A stretch of DNA of 64,000 nucleotides from Macrostomum hystrix (taxonomy: Eukaryota > Animalia > Platyhelminthes): positions 8,866,001 to 8,930,000 of the forward strand of contig CATNEN010000002.1 in the NCBI GenBank assembly GCA_950097015.1, written 5' to 3'. The notes below the pieces were generated by a model that was given only the letters and a program-made list of their open reading frames with translations, was not told where the DNA came from and made no database searches. The position numbers and the translations under genes are program-made. Positions 10,924-22,789 of this stretch are shown piece after piece (position 1 is the first letter of the stretch; each line of letters begins with the position of its first letter).

Positions 10924-12486
10924 GTTCATAATCATTAGTTCAGAACTTCATATCTGCAAAAAATATGTAAACAGGTTTTTTAATACAGTATAAAACAAAA
11001 CAATATATTATGATTTAAGGAAAATTGCAATATTGAAAACAAAAACAATAACATTGAATGGCTGATGACAATTAGAAAAAGTTTAGTTTTCTACCATATA
11101 TAACCAAATATATATCTAAATAATTAAAAGTATCGAATTCTTAATACATATACATAGACAAATATAATAATTCATGTGAAAACATTTGCTAAATAAAATT
11201 TATATTATATTTTAATTATATGATGATGAGTCATATAGTGTAAAATAATGTACAAACATTTTTTTGAGTATGAATTTTATTTTGAAGCATTGTCTGTCTC
11301 AAAATAACCTTTTTCAGTGAATAGTAACTGTCTGAAAAGCAATAATCAGTAAGACGCCTTGTGCAAACCAAGACATGATGTAGCCACTGGTCTATTACTA
11401 AGATCTGCAAATTCAAATGTCTTTATTAGTTAGAATTATATAGCTGCTCAAACATAGAAGATAGAATCAAATACTGCACATGGAAAATCTGTAGAAATAC
11501 CATTTTACTGTTTTGGAAACAGTTTAACTAACACCACGACAGAAAGTAGGCCTATTGTATCGTTTCATGGAATTTTTTATTTCGTTTTAAAAGTTTTGAC
11601 CGAAACGAATTCTAAAGTTATAACAAATAACATTTCAAAATATGATATGTGCAGCCATTATTATTTTATCCTCTACAGTTCGTCAATAAGTTGCAGAATA
11701 TACGACATGAAATGAATATTTTTACCCCATTATTTTTTATTAAGTGGTTTTGCTTTATAAGTCAATTTTTATGTGGTTGTTAAGCCGACACCTTATCCGA
11801 TTCAAACTTGAGGCAATAAACCCGCGCTTAATTGGTAGGGAAGTTTTCGATGGATTCTTAAATATTCAGCCCCTCGAGCACCTTATCATCACACTCATTA
11901 ACGTTATCCTCGGCTGGAAGTATCAAAAGAAGACAATCAAACGCAAAAGTTCGCTAGGAAAAAGAACATACAAAAGACAGAGGAGCAAAGCGGCAACGAA
12001 TTCGAAACGAAAATTCAGCAGAAAAAGGATGAAGCATTCAGAAACATCTACAAACACTCACAAGAATCCACAAACATCCAAAACATCCACAAACATCCAC
12101 AAGCATTCCCAAATATCCAGTACAAACATTAATTAGCATCCACAAACGCTTCCCAATACATCGTACTGTCGTCATCTCCATAGACAAATTGCAGCTGATA
12201 GTCAGGGCTTAACAATGTCAGCAGAATCGCATTTATTATTATAATTGAGCTTATCTAAAATAATAGCTCTTATAATAAAAGCCAAGAACCAATTAGTAGA
12301 GCAAAGAAGCTAATCTCAATTTCTGTATAAAAATATTCGTTACGTCGTCTATATTTACTTTCTTTGTAAACATAAAAGCGCATTTTTACAGAATTGTTAC
12401 TTTAAAAAAATTAAATCTGTTAAAACCAGTTGTACATAAAATTTTCAGAGATTTTCAGTCCGCGCAGCTGCTCGACGTTCTTCAGG

Positions 12487-13461
12487 TCAGATCTGCACCT
12501 TGGCCTCCCCATCATTGCTGTCCATGATGCGACTGCTGGAGGCGCTGTCCGGCAGCGGGTCGCGCTTCTGCCTCACAATGGCCAGCACCACCTTCACAAT
12601 GAGGGCGGCAATTAGCGCAGCCGTCAGCTCCACCGTCAGGTCCGAAGTGACGGAGCCGACCGCGTAGTTGCCGGCAACCGAGGTGGCCAGGGCCCAGATG
12701 AGGGTGAGGTAGGGCGCGATGAAGAAGCGCAGGAAGGGGTCCAGGAAGGAGAAGTCGGCGGTGATGTAGGCGCCAAGGAGGCCGCAGAACTGGCACAGAG
12801 CCAGCAGGGAGCTACTGGCAGCCGGGTAGCCGGTGATGTTGACGATGGCGATGTCCAGGTTGAGAAAGCTGGCGATGCAGGTCCAGCCGACGTAGAAGCC
12901 GCATGAGTTCTGCAGCAGGCCGATGACAAGCCAATAGTGCAGCCGAAGGCCCTGCTGCCGCAGCTCAATCTTGTGGGCGGACAGCCGGTTGAAGGAGAAG
13001 ATCAGGCAGGCCCATAGTGAGATGGCCAGAAGGAAGAGCATGATGGTCTGCGGGATGAGGTTGTTCTTGTTGTACTCCACCTTGTCCGTGACGAATATCC
13101 AGGCGATGTTGAAGCCGCTGCTGATCATGTGGCAGATCAGGAAGCCAACAGGCAGGAGGCCGGGCACGCAGCATAGCGGCTGCCCCGCCGCGTTCTTGAT
13201 GAACAAGAGGCTCCAGCAGTAGGCCAGCATCACGGCCTGGTACACATAGATCACCGCCCAGATTGTGAAGGCCCAGCCAGGAGGGGTAAGGCTGCTCTTG
13301 GTAAGGTTTCCGCGCTGAGTCCATGCGGTGGTGCTGTTGATGGAGAACAGGCCAAGCTGGTAGCCAATCGCCGAGGTGCTGAAGTAGTTGAACAGCAGCG
13401 TGAGCAGCAGCATGACGGTGGTCAGAGCCACCAGAGTGATCTGCACGGCTTGATGAACCAT
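12487..13461 (-). CDS. Intronless multi-pass membrane protein, TspO/tryptophan-rich-sensory-like family (paralog 1); possible upstream ATG at 13698
   Basis: Uninterrupted ORF with about 8 hydrophobic segments and the motif LTPPGWAFTIWAVIY (TPAGWxFxIWxxIY family motif); colinear with 16533..17501. Confidence 0.75.
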   Translation of the reverse strand: MVHQAVQITLVALTTVMLLLTLLFNYFSTSAIGYQLGLFSINSTTAWTQRGNLTKSSLTPPGWAFTIWAVIYVYQAVMLAYCWSLLFIKNAAGQPLCCVPGLLPVGFLICHMISSGFNIAWIFVTDKVEYNKNNLIPQTIMLFLLAISLWACLIFSFNRLSAHKIELRQQGLRLHYWLVIGLLQNSCGFYVGWTCIASFLNLDIAIVNITGYPAASSSLLALCQFCGLLGAYITADFSFLDPFLRFFIAPYLTLIWALATSVAGNYAVGSVTSDLTVELTAALIAALIVKVVLAIVRQKRDPLPDSASSSRIMDSNDGEAKVQI

Positions 13462-14049
13462 CTCGGCGTTGGCTTGGCTTCGAGGTTGGATAGGTAAAAT
13501 TGAATCTGGTCTGATGCGCTCCTCGTATTTATACTGCGCGCGTGGCTCATTCTCTGGGAGTGGGGTGGGGGCTTGTGCAGGTCTTGGAGGCTCAATTATT
13601 CTAACAAACAGCGGTTCATTTCGGTCACACGACTCGCTAGCCGGGGCAGGGAGTGCAGAGGGTGGGGCCGTGCAGCCCAGAGCTTGAGTTGCACGCATCC
13701 ACAGAGTGACCAACCTCGAAGAGCTCTCACGCGAAAAAAATTTTCTAATTACAAATCAAAGTTAGCACTCTTAGGCGTCTTTTCTGCGCGAGCTAAAAAT
13801 AGGCCTTATTTTTGTTCTTCACATTTCTTCGCCTTTCCTTGTTAGAGCCAGTATTTTAAGTACAAGCTCATCTTTTATTTTCGCTTGCCGTCTGATAACG
13901 CAACTCGAAATTGGGAAGCTTGAGAAACGGAGATAACATGCTGCTTGGAATGGGAACAAGCAATATTATATAATTGTTTGCTTGTCATCAGTTAAGCTTT
14001 CCATCTATACAATTTATCAGTCGTCAGAGAATTTGATTAATTTCCGTGT

Positions 14050-14975
14050 CATTTACACCAAATAGTTTTCCGTCTGTCATTCACCTGTCACCAATTAGCT
14101 CTCCGTCTGTCATTCTCCTGTCACCAATTAGCTTTCCGTCTGTCATTCACCTGTCACCAATTAGCTTTCCGTCTGTCATTCACCTGTCACCAATTAGCTT
14201 TCCGTCTGTCATTCACCTGTCACCAATTAGCTTTCCGTCTGTCATTTACCTGTCACCAACTAGTTTTCCGACTGTCATTCACCTGTCACCAATTAGCTTT
14301 CCGTCTGTCATTCACCTGTTACCAATTAGCTTTCCGTCTGTCATTCACCTGTCACAACTTAGGTTTCTGTCTGTCATTTACCTGTCACCAATTAGCTGTC
14401 TGTCATTCACCTGTCACCTATTAGCTTTCCGTCTGTCATTCACCTGTCATCAATTAGCTGTCTGTCATTCACCTGTCACCAATTAGCTTTCCGTCTGTCA
14501 TTCACCTGTCACCAATTAGCTTTCCGTCTGTCATTCACCTGTCACCAATTAGCTTTCCGTCTGTCATTCACCTGTCACCAATTAGCTTTCCGTCTGTCAT
14601 TCACCTATCACAATTTAGGTTTCTGTCTGTCATTTACCTGTCACCAATTAGCTGTCTGTCATTCACCTGTCACCAATTAGCTTTCCGTCTGTCATTCACC
14701 TGTCACCAATTAGCTTTCCGTCTGTCATTCACCTGTCACCAATTAGCTTTCCGTCCGTCATTCACCTGTCACCAATTAGCTTTCCGTCTGTCATTCACCT
14801 GTCACTAATTAGCTTTCCGTCTGTCATTCACCTGTCACCAATTAGCTTTCCGTCCGTCATTCACCTGTCACCAATTAGCTTTCCGTCCGTCATTCACCTG
14901 TCACTAATTAGCTTTCCGTCCGTCATTCACCTGTCACCAATTAGCTTTCCGTCTGTCATTCACCTGTCACCAATA
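14050..14975. repeat. 33-bp minisatellite
   Basis: Unit caattagctttccgtctgtcattcacctgtcac. Confidence 0.95.
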
Positions 14976-15324
14976 ATCAATCCGTCTGTAACGCACCTGT
15001 ATTAGTTAGTCTTCCGTCTATTATTCCCGTCATCAGCTAGCTCTCAGTCTCATTACCTGCTTTTGAGTTAGATTTTCGTCTGTTTTTCCCCTGTACTTAA
15101 TTTGACGACCGCCTTTTAATAACCAGATATTAATTAGATTACCGTCTATAATTTATCTGTTATCTATTAAGCTCCACCTTTGTGAAAATGATTCTCATTA
15201 ATTACTCGTAGATCTTTGCGATTTATTTTGCATTATTAATAAAAAATAGGAGCAATTTTTTTATTGTAAGCAATTATATAGGTCCGCGAGCCAACGTCTA
15301 GCTTTCCTCTTAACGTCTCTCTCC

Positions 15325-16290
15325 TCTAGAGAGAGGAGAGGCAGAAGAGAGAGGGAGAGGCAGAGGGGAGAGAGGAGAGGCAGAAGAGAGAGGGAGAGGC
15401 AGAGGGGAGAGAGGAGAGGCAGGGGGGAGAGGAGAGGCAGAGGGGAGAGAGTAGAGGCAGAGGGGAGAGAGGAGAGGCAGAGGGGAGACAGGAGAGGCAG
15501 AAGAGAGAGGGAGAGGCAGAGGGGAGAGAGGAGAGGCAGGGGGGAGAGGAGAGGCAGAGGGGAGAGAGTAGAGGCAGAGGGGAGAGAGGAGAGGCAGAGG
15601 GGAGACAGGAGAGGCAGAAGGGAGAGAGGAGAGGCAGAAGAGAGAGGGAGAGGCAGAGGGGAGAGAGGAGAGGCAGGGGGGAGAGGAGAGGCAGAGGGGA
15701 GAGAGTAGAGGCAGAGGGGAGAGAGGAGAGGCAGAAGGGAGAGAGGAGAGGCAGAAGAGAGAGGGAGAGGCAGAGGGGAGAGAGGAGAGGCAGGGGGGAG
15801 AGGAGAGGCAGAGGGGAGAGAGTAGAGGCAGAGGGGAGAGAGGAGAGGCAGAGGGGAGACAGGAGAGGCAGAAGGGAGAGAGGAGAGGCAGAAGAGAGAG
15901 GGAGAGGCAGAGGGGAGAGAGGAGAGGCAGGGGGGAGAGGAGAGGCAGGGGGGGAGAGTAGAGGCAGGGGGGAGAGGAGAGGCAGAGGGGAGACAGGAGA
16001 GGCAGAAGGGAGAGAGGAGAGGCAGAAGAGAGAGGGAGAGGCAGAGGGGAGAGAGGAGAGGCAGGGGGGAGAGGAGAGGCAGGGGGGAGAGAGTAGAGGC
16101 AGGGGAGACAGGAGAGGCAGAGAGGGAGAGAGGAGAGGCAGAGGGGAGACAGGAGAGGCAGAGAGGAGAGGCAGAGGGGAGAGGCAGAGGGGAGAGGCAG
16201 AGAGGAGAGGCAGAGGGGAGAGGCAGAGGGGAGAGGCAGAGGGGAGAGGCAGAGGGGAGAGGCAGAGGGGAGAGGCAGAGAGGAGAGAGG
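15325..16290. repeat. Polypurine (GA-rich) compound repeat
   Basis: (ggagaggcagagg)n variants; the + strand is almost only A/G. Confidence 0.95.
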
Positions 16291-16532
16291 AGAAGCCAGC
16301 AAGTCGATTCTCAAAAAAAGTTCAGTAATGGTGAAGCAATGCAGTGTGACGCAGAAATATTTTCTACATACACTCGCATTAAACCGTTTGTTTATACAAG
16401 TTTTGAAAGCGGTTTAATATAGGACAAAGCGGTGCTGTTTTATAATTTCGAGTGCAGTAAATATTCATCTAGATAGGTAGATAGGTTTATTTCAGTTAAA
16501 TTTACACATCGGCGGTGCCAGTCGAAGCCGAT

Positions 16533-17501
16533 CTAAGAAGACTTCTTGAAGCTTCCGTCGAAAGCGACGCCGCCGCGGATGCCGCTGGCCATCGGCAGGG
16601 GATTCCTCCGCTGCCTGATGACGGCCAGAACCGACTTGGCGATGATGATCAGCGCCAGGGCGACTGCCAGCTCCAGGGTCACGTTGGCCACAGCCGAGGC
16701 CGGGCTGTAGCTGGCGATGACGCCAGTGGCCACGGCCCACAGCTGGGTCAGGTAGGGCCCGAAGAAGAAGCGCAGGTAGGGGTCCAGGAAGGACAGGTCG
16801 GCGGTGACGTAGGTAGCCAGCAGGGCGAACAGCTGGCAGAGGCACAGCAGGGAGCTGCTGGCTACGGGCCAGTTGGCCAGGTTGATGATGGCGTTATCGA
16901 TGTTGATGAACAGGGCGATCCAGGCCCAGCCGGCGTAGAAGCCGCAGGCATTCTGCTGCAGGCCGACGACCAGCCAGAAGTGAGTCAGCAGGCCCTCCTG
17001 CTGCAGCCGCAGCTTGTTGATTGACAGCTCGCGGAAGGAGATAATCAGGCCGATGCTGAGCGACAGGGCTAGCGCGAGCATGACGAAGATCAGGAGGATG
17101 AGGAAGAACTTGCGGTCAGTCCTGTCGGCCAGCAGGACGAAGGTGGTGTTGAACACGCTGCTGAGCGAGTGGCACACCAAGTAGCCGACTGGCAGCAGGC
17201 CGGGCACGCAGCACAGCGGCTCGCCTCGGCTGCTGCTGCGGAACAACAAGGTCCAGCAGTAGGCCAGCATGCACACCTGGTACAGGTAGATCAAGCCCCA
17301 CACACCGAAGGCGTACTCAGGCGGGGTCAGGGCACTCTGGGTCTGGTTGTTGCGGTTGTCCCACACGCTGTCGCTAGAGTTGGAAAATATTCCCAGGTTG
17401 CGGCCCAGAGGCGAGAAGCTCAGGAAGTTGAAAGCGAAGGTGACGAGCATGAGGACTGTCGTCACCGTCAGCAGGACAATGCGAGACACTCGACTCGACA
17501 T
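16533..17501 (-). CDS. Intronless multi-pass membrane protein, TspO-like family (paralog 2)
   Basis: 322-aa ORF with LTPPEYAFGVWGLIYLYQ; shares PLCCVPGLLPVG, QNxCGFYxGW and DxSFLDPxLRFF with paralog 1. Confidence 0.8.
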   Translation of the reverse strand: MSSRVSRIVLLTVTTVLMLVTFAFNFLSFSPLGRNLGIFSNSSDSVWDNRNNQTQSALTPPEYAFGVWGLIYLYQVCMLAYCWTLLFRSSSRGEPLCCVPGLLPVGYLVCHSLSSVFNTTFVLLADRTDRKFFLILLIFVMLALALSLSIGLIISFRELSINKLRLQQEGLLTHFWLVVGLQQNACGFYAGWAWIALFINIDNAIINLANWPVASSSLLCLCQLFALLATYVTADLSFLDPYLRFFFGPYLTQLWAVATGVIASYSPASAVANVTLELAVALALIIIAKSVLAVIRQRRNPLPMASGIRGGVAFDGSFKKSS

Positions 17502-18239
17502 GTTCGACTGTCCGTGGACAAGGCAAGCTGCAATGTAACCGAGACCAAGGCAAAAATATGAATCACGTGAGTCGCTTGTTCTCTTGGCCAGCTCAAATTA
17601 TAGAGCCCAGAAAGCACTGACAACCGACGACCTTGAAGAGAAGTTTCACTCTCCGCTGCTGAGAAGTTCGGACGAGTACAATGGCTGAGCACCCTGCGAG
17701 ACTGCTTAGCACTGTCTACCTCGCCACGCAGCATGCGCGTGATTCAACTTGAGCAGCAATGCTTCAGTGCTTGCCAGGCTATGCAGTGCAATTAAATTAC
17801 AGCCCACAAAATTAGTTTCTGTTCAAGCTGAACTAAAGCTACAAGTTGTATTCCACCGTATGAGGCGGGATTTTGTGAACAAACAGTAAGCTGGAGTTCA
17901 CGATAAACTGATTAGACTGACTGCAACTGATTCCACCCACTGTGCCTCGGAGAGAATATCCACAATGTTAGAGCTAGTGGAAACACGCCAGAAGGAATGC
18001 TAAGAAATGAGGAGAGCTAAGCTACTCAAAGTAGTTAGTAGCGTGTGCAATAATAACAAACTGCCATTCCGTACAAACAATTGGTATATGTATTTGATTC
18101 TTACATAACAATTTAAATGAATAAATGAATCGAACACCAATAGGGCTAACGAAAGGTAAATTACTTGACGCTAGCAATCCAGCTTGTAAATTTAAAAAGT
18201 AAAATAGCGTCATATCAATACAGCTCGACACAGTCATGT

Positions 18240-18530
18240 CCTCTGTCTCTACAGCCTCATTATGTACAGATTCTTTATCTACAGCCTCCTTATCTACAGC
18301 ATAATTGTCTAAAGCCTGATTATGTACAGCCTCTTACCTACGGCCCCTAACTCTACAGTCATTTTATCAACAGTCTCTTTATCTACAGCCTCATTATCTA
18401 CAGCCTCATTATCTACAGCCTCATTATCTACAGCCTCATTATCTACAGCCTCTAACCTACGGCCCTATCACTACAGCCTCTAACCTACGGCCCTATCTCT
18501 ATAGGCTCTCCATCTAAAGTCTCATTATCC
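18240..18530. repeat. Degenerate 15-bp minisatellite downstream of the F-box gene stop
   Basis: Unit ctacagcctcattat. Confidence 0.75.
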
Positions 18531-18579
18531 ACGGCCTCCTTATCGACAGGTAAGACATTGATACATGAATACTGTGAAG

Positions 18580-20805
18580 CTACTGGCACTGCAGAGCAAA
18601 TTCTGACTCCGTGTCGGAGGGCTTCAGCAGCCTCAGCTCAAATGCCACCCGCACAGCACAGAAGTCGTTGTCGGTTATCCGGCGGCAGCCGCCCAGACAC
18701 AGGCGCGTCAGCCAGGGAAAGCCGTTGGCGATGATGTCGATTGCGGCAGCAGTCAGCTGTAGACAGGGTGATAGGCAGAGCCGGCGGAGGCCCTTGGCAA
18801 CAGGACTGGCGCACAGGTCGGCAACCGCCTCATCAGTGAGGCTGGAGCACTGCAGGAGCGACAAATCAAGCAGGTGGGGAAGGTCGGCGGGCCGCAGTTC
18901 TCGCAGCTCAGCCCAGGACTGGCGGGCCAGGCGGCTGCAGTCGAGAAGGCGGAGGCAGCGCAGGCGAGGCAGCTGGCACATCAGAGCTGGCAGTAGATCG
19001 GCGTGACAGATGTCCAAGGTCAGGTACATCAAGCCTATGGGTCAGTGAAGAGCGAGGAGCTTTACTGAGACACGAGAAAGAGGATGATCAGCCATGCGAC
19101 GCCAGCCAATCAGCTTGGGTCAGGAAAGAGAGACAGTTACGCCAGCCAATCAGCGACTTCAGGGTGTGGCAGGAAAGAGAGACAGTTACGCCAGCCAATC
19201 AGCGACTTCAGGGTGTGGCAGGAAAGAGAGACAGTTACGCCAGCCAATCAGCGACTTCAGGGTGTGGCAGGAAAGAGAGACAGTTACGCCAGCCAATCAG
19301 CGACTTCAGGGTGTGGCAGGAAAGAGAGACAGTACGCCAGCCAATCAGCGGCTTCAGGGCATGGCAGGAAAGAGAGACAGTTACGCAAGCCAATTAGCAG
19401 CTTTGGGGTGTGGCAGGAAAGAGAGACAGTAACGCCAGCCAATCAGCGCTTCGAGTGTAAAAGGAAAGAGAGACTGTAGCGCCAGATAATTAACGGCTTC
19501 GGGATGGACCAGATAAAGGCAACCAGGCCAACGCTTTCTTACTTGGGCAGGATGCCAGGGCATCGCACAGCCTCAAGCCAGCTGGGCCCGCTGAGCCGCC
19601 TCGTCGGCTGAGTCGCAGCTCCAGGAGCCGAAGAGACGAAGGCAGCGGAATCGCTAGGTCGGCCTCGGTCAGGCCGGGCCAGGCAGGTCCGTCCAGCCTC
19701 AGTTCCTCGAGGCAGGCGGGAAGGCGGGCAGCGGCCAGGCGGAAGCCGGCGCCGCTTAGGACGCGGCAGTCAGACAGGCTGAGTCGCAGAAGTCGCGGGC
19801 AGGCATTCAGCAGAGCTCCGAGACCTCGCACGGTCAACTGGTGGCACAGGCTCAGCCGCAGGACGCTGAGACTGCCGCCTTGGCTCGTGACATCGGCGAT
19901 TTGGATGGCCAACTGGTCGGTGACGGGCAGATCGCGAAGTGACAGCTCTGACAGTTCGGGCAGGCGGGCAAGCAGCGGCAAGAGAACTGCGGGTTGGTCG
20001 GAATGCTCATCTTAGCATAGGTGACCAGATGGGGTAATCATAGGTCATCAGCTGGGGTACTCATAGGTCATCAGCTGGGGTACTCATAGGTGATCAGCTG
20101 GGGTACTCATAGGTGATCAGCTGGGGTACTCATAGATGATCAGCTGGGGTACTCACCGGAATCGCTGGAGCAGCCCAGGCTGAGGCTGTTGAGTCTTGCA
20201 CAGTCTGGCAGCGTCAAGGCCAATCGTCTCGCGGCAGCTCCAGCCGCTGCACCGAACAAGTCGACACTCAGCGACGCCAAGCTGCCGGCCAGGGCTCCGA
20301 AGCTGGCGGAAGACACAAAGTCCAGCGTAACTTGGCCGCAGAAGTCCAGCTCCAGGTAAGAAAGCAGCGGACAGCCAGCCTGCAGCTGCGCCAGAGAGTC
20401 GGCGCAAAGCTCGCCAGCGCAGCGCCGCAGCTGCAGACGGCGCAGGCGGTGGCAGAACCGGCCCAGAGTGGTTAGCAGTTTTTCCCCAGCCGGGCTTTGA
20501 CCGCTGATGCCGATGACGGCAAGGCTCCGCAGATTCGGCGACTGGCTGAGCAGCCTGACCAGGTCATTGACGGCAAGGCATTCTGCGTGCAGCTCGAGGA
20601 CAGCTCCAGACAGCCAGACAGATAAGCGGCTGAGCAGCTCCGAGGTGATCACAGAAAGCTCGCCACGGATGCGAAGGCTGCGCCAAAGCAGCGGCTGCAT
20701 GGCGAGCTGCTGCCAGCGGCGGCTGAGCTGAGCACACCGACCGCGGCTGGTCTGGTCCAGCATCGCCAGCATGTGCTCGCACACACAATCTGGCAGCTCA
20801 TCCAT
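18580..20805 (-). CDS. F-box/leucine-rich repeat protein (FBXL family; exons 20157..20805, 19543..19986, 18580..19034)
   Basis: N-terminal F-box (LPDCVCEHMLAMLD...CAQLSRRWQQL) followed by cysteine-containing LRRs (LxxLxLxxCxxLT). Both introns are phase 1 with canonical GT/AG. Confidence 0.85.
19098..19480. repeat. 49-bp minisatellite in F-box gene intron 2
   Basis: Unit acgccagccaatcagcgacttcagggtgtggcaggaaagagagacagtt. Confidence 0.92.
20030..20156. repeat. 23-bp minisatellite that includes the intron 1 donor of the F-box gene
   Basis: Unit tactcataggtgatcagctgggg; the last unit reads actcac (donor GTGAGT on -). Confidence 0.9.
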
Positions 20806-21279
20806 TGAGTAGGTGTGTCTGCTTGAGCAACTGGTAACATCCAATTGGCTGAAGCTTAATAACAGCCTTGTTTAATAATTAACCATTCAACATAATTAGC
20901 AAAACTTTAAGAGGCTTGCAACATGTTTACGCTTTAGACCGCTCTTTCACTCCTCACCACTTGGTAAGAGTACTAATTAAAGCAACTCGGTAGTTTTCAA
21001 CTTCAGGAACAGTTAGAACCGCTGTTCACCGTGGGATTGTCGGTGTAAAAACCTGGGCCTGTGTCCATAATAAATAGTCTTTATTATGGACGTACAATGC
21101 TTGCTCTTTGCTCATGACCAGGCATAACCCATGCACCACCCGATTATGCAGGTATGGGAAGTCGATAGTTCCGCCTGTGAGTTCATTCCTGCTAATGAGA
21201 CCCAGCCAATGGCATCGATAGGAAGGGTCCAGATCGGCTATAGTTACGAGAAACTTGCCAGCCCAAAAAGTCAAAGCGT

Positions 21280-22520
21280 CTGATTGGAGTTTCCTTCAGA
21301 ACTCTGGCATTAGGAAGGACTCTTGGATTGGAGTTTCCTTCAGAACTCTGGCATTAGGAAGGACTCTCTTGGATTGGAGTTTCCTTCAGAACTCTGGCAT
21401 TAGGAAGGACTCTCTTGGATTGGAGTTTCCTTCAGAACTCAGGCATTAGGAAGGACTCTCTTGGATTGGAGTTTCCTTCAGAACTCAGGCATTAGGAAGG
21501 ACTCTCTTGGATTGGAGTTTCCTTCAGAACTCTGGCATTAGGAAGGACTCTCTTGGATTGGAGTTTCCTTCAGAACTCAGGCATTAGGAAGGACTCTCTT
21601 GGATTGGAGTTTCTTTCAGAACTCAGGCATTAGGAAGGACTCTCTTGGATTGGAGTTTCCTTCAGAACTCAGGCATTAGGAAGGACTCTCTTGGATTGGA
21701 GTTTCCTTCAGAACTCTGGCATTAGGAAGGACTCTCTTGGATTGGAGTTTCTTTCAGAACTCAGGCATTAGGAAGGACTCTTGGATTGGAGTTTCCTTCA
21801 GAACTCAGGCATTAGGAAGGACTCTCTTGGATTGGAGTTTCCTTCAGAACTCAGGCATTAGGAAGGACTCTCTTGGATTGGAGTTTCCTTCAGAACTCAG
21901 GCATTAGGAAGGACTCTTGGATTGGAGTTTCCTTCAGAACTCAGGCATTAGGAAGGACTCTCTTGGATTGGAGTTTCTTTCAGAACTCTGGCATTAGGAA
22001 GGACTCTCTTGGATTGGAGTTTCCTTCAGAACTCAGGCATTAGGAAGGACTCTCTTGGATTGGAGTTTCCTTCAGAACTCAGGCATTAGGAAGGACTCTC
22101 TTGGATTGGAGTTTCCTTCAGAACTCTGGCATTAGGAAGGACTCTCTTGGATTGGAGTTTCCTTCAGAACTCAGGCATTAGGAAGGACTCTCTTGGATTG
22201 GAGTTTCTTTCAGAACTCAGGCATTAGGAAGGACTCTTGGATTGGAGTTTCCTTCAGAACTCTGGCATTAGGAAGGACTCTCTTGGATTGGAGTTTCCTT
22301 CAGAACTCAGGCATTAGGAAGGACTCTCTTGGATTGGAGTTTCCTTCAGAACTCTGGCATTAGGAAGGACTCTTGGATTGGAGTTTCTTTCAGAACTCAG
22401 GCATTAGGAAGGACTCTCTTGGATTGGAGTTTCCTTCAGAACTCAGGCATTAGGAAGGACTCTCTTGGATTGGAGTTTCCTTCAGAACTCTGGCATTAGG
22501 AAGGACTCTCTTGGTTTGGA
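21280..22520. repeat. 44/46-bp minisatellite
   Basis: Unit ttggattggagtttccttcagaactc(t/a)ggcattaggaaggac(tc)tc. Confidence 0.97.
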
Positions 22521-22789
22521 GTCCATGATATTGCTTAAGAAAGCCACTTCTACCATGCCAGCTTAAAGCAGCCAAATTGATCAAAAAAAACATAGAAACC
22601 TTTGTGCCTTACAATATGAACAGCATCTAACATTAGAGCAATTGCTTAGGTGATGGTATATTATTGTTATTCAATGCACGTAATTAGAAGTAGTTTAGTA
22701 AGTAACACATGTATGTACAGCGTACAGTACGATTTGCATCCTTCAGTTGGTATTTTCAGGTGCCATTAAATTTGAGTGATCAGGGATCT

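Noticed and set aside
15310-16314. 334-aa Leu/Pro/Ser ORF
   Set aside because: Reverse translation of the GA polypurine tract.
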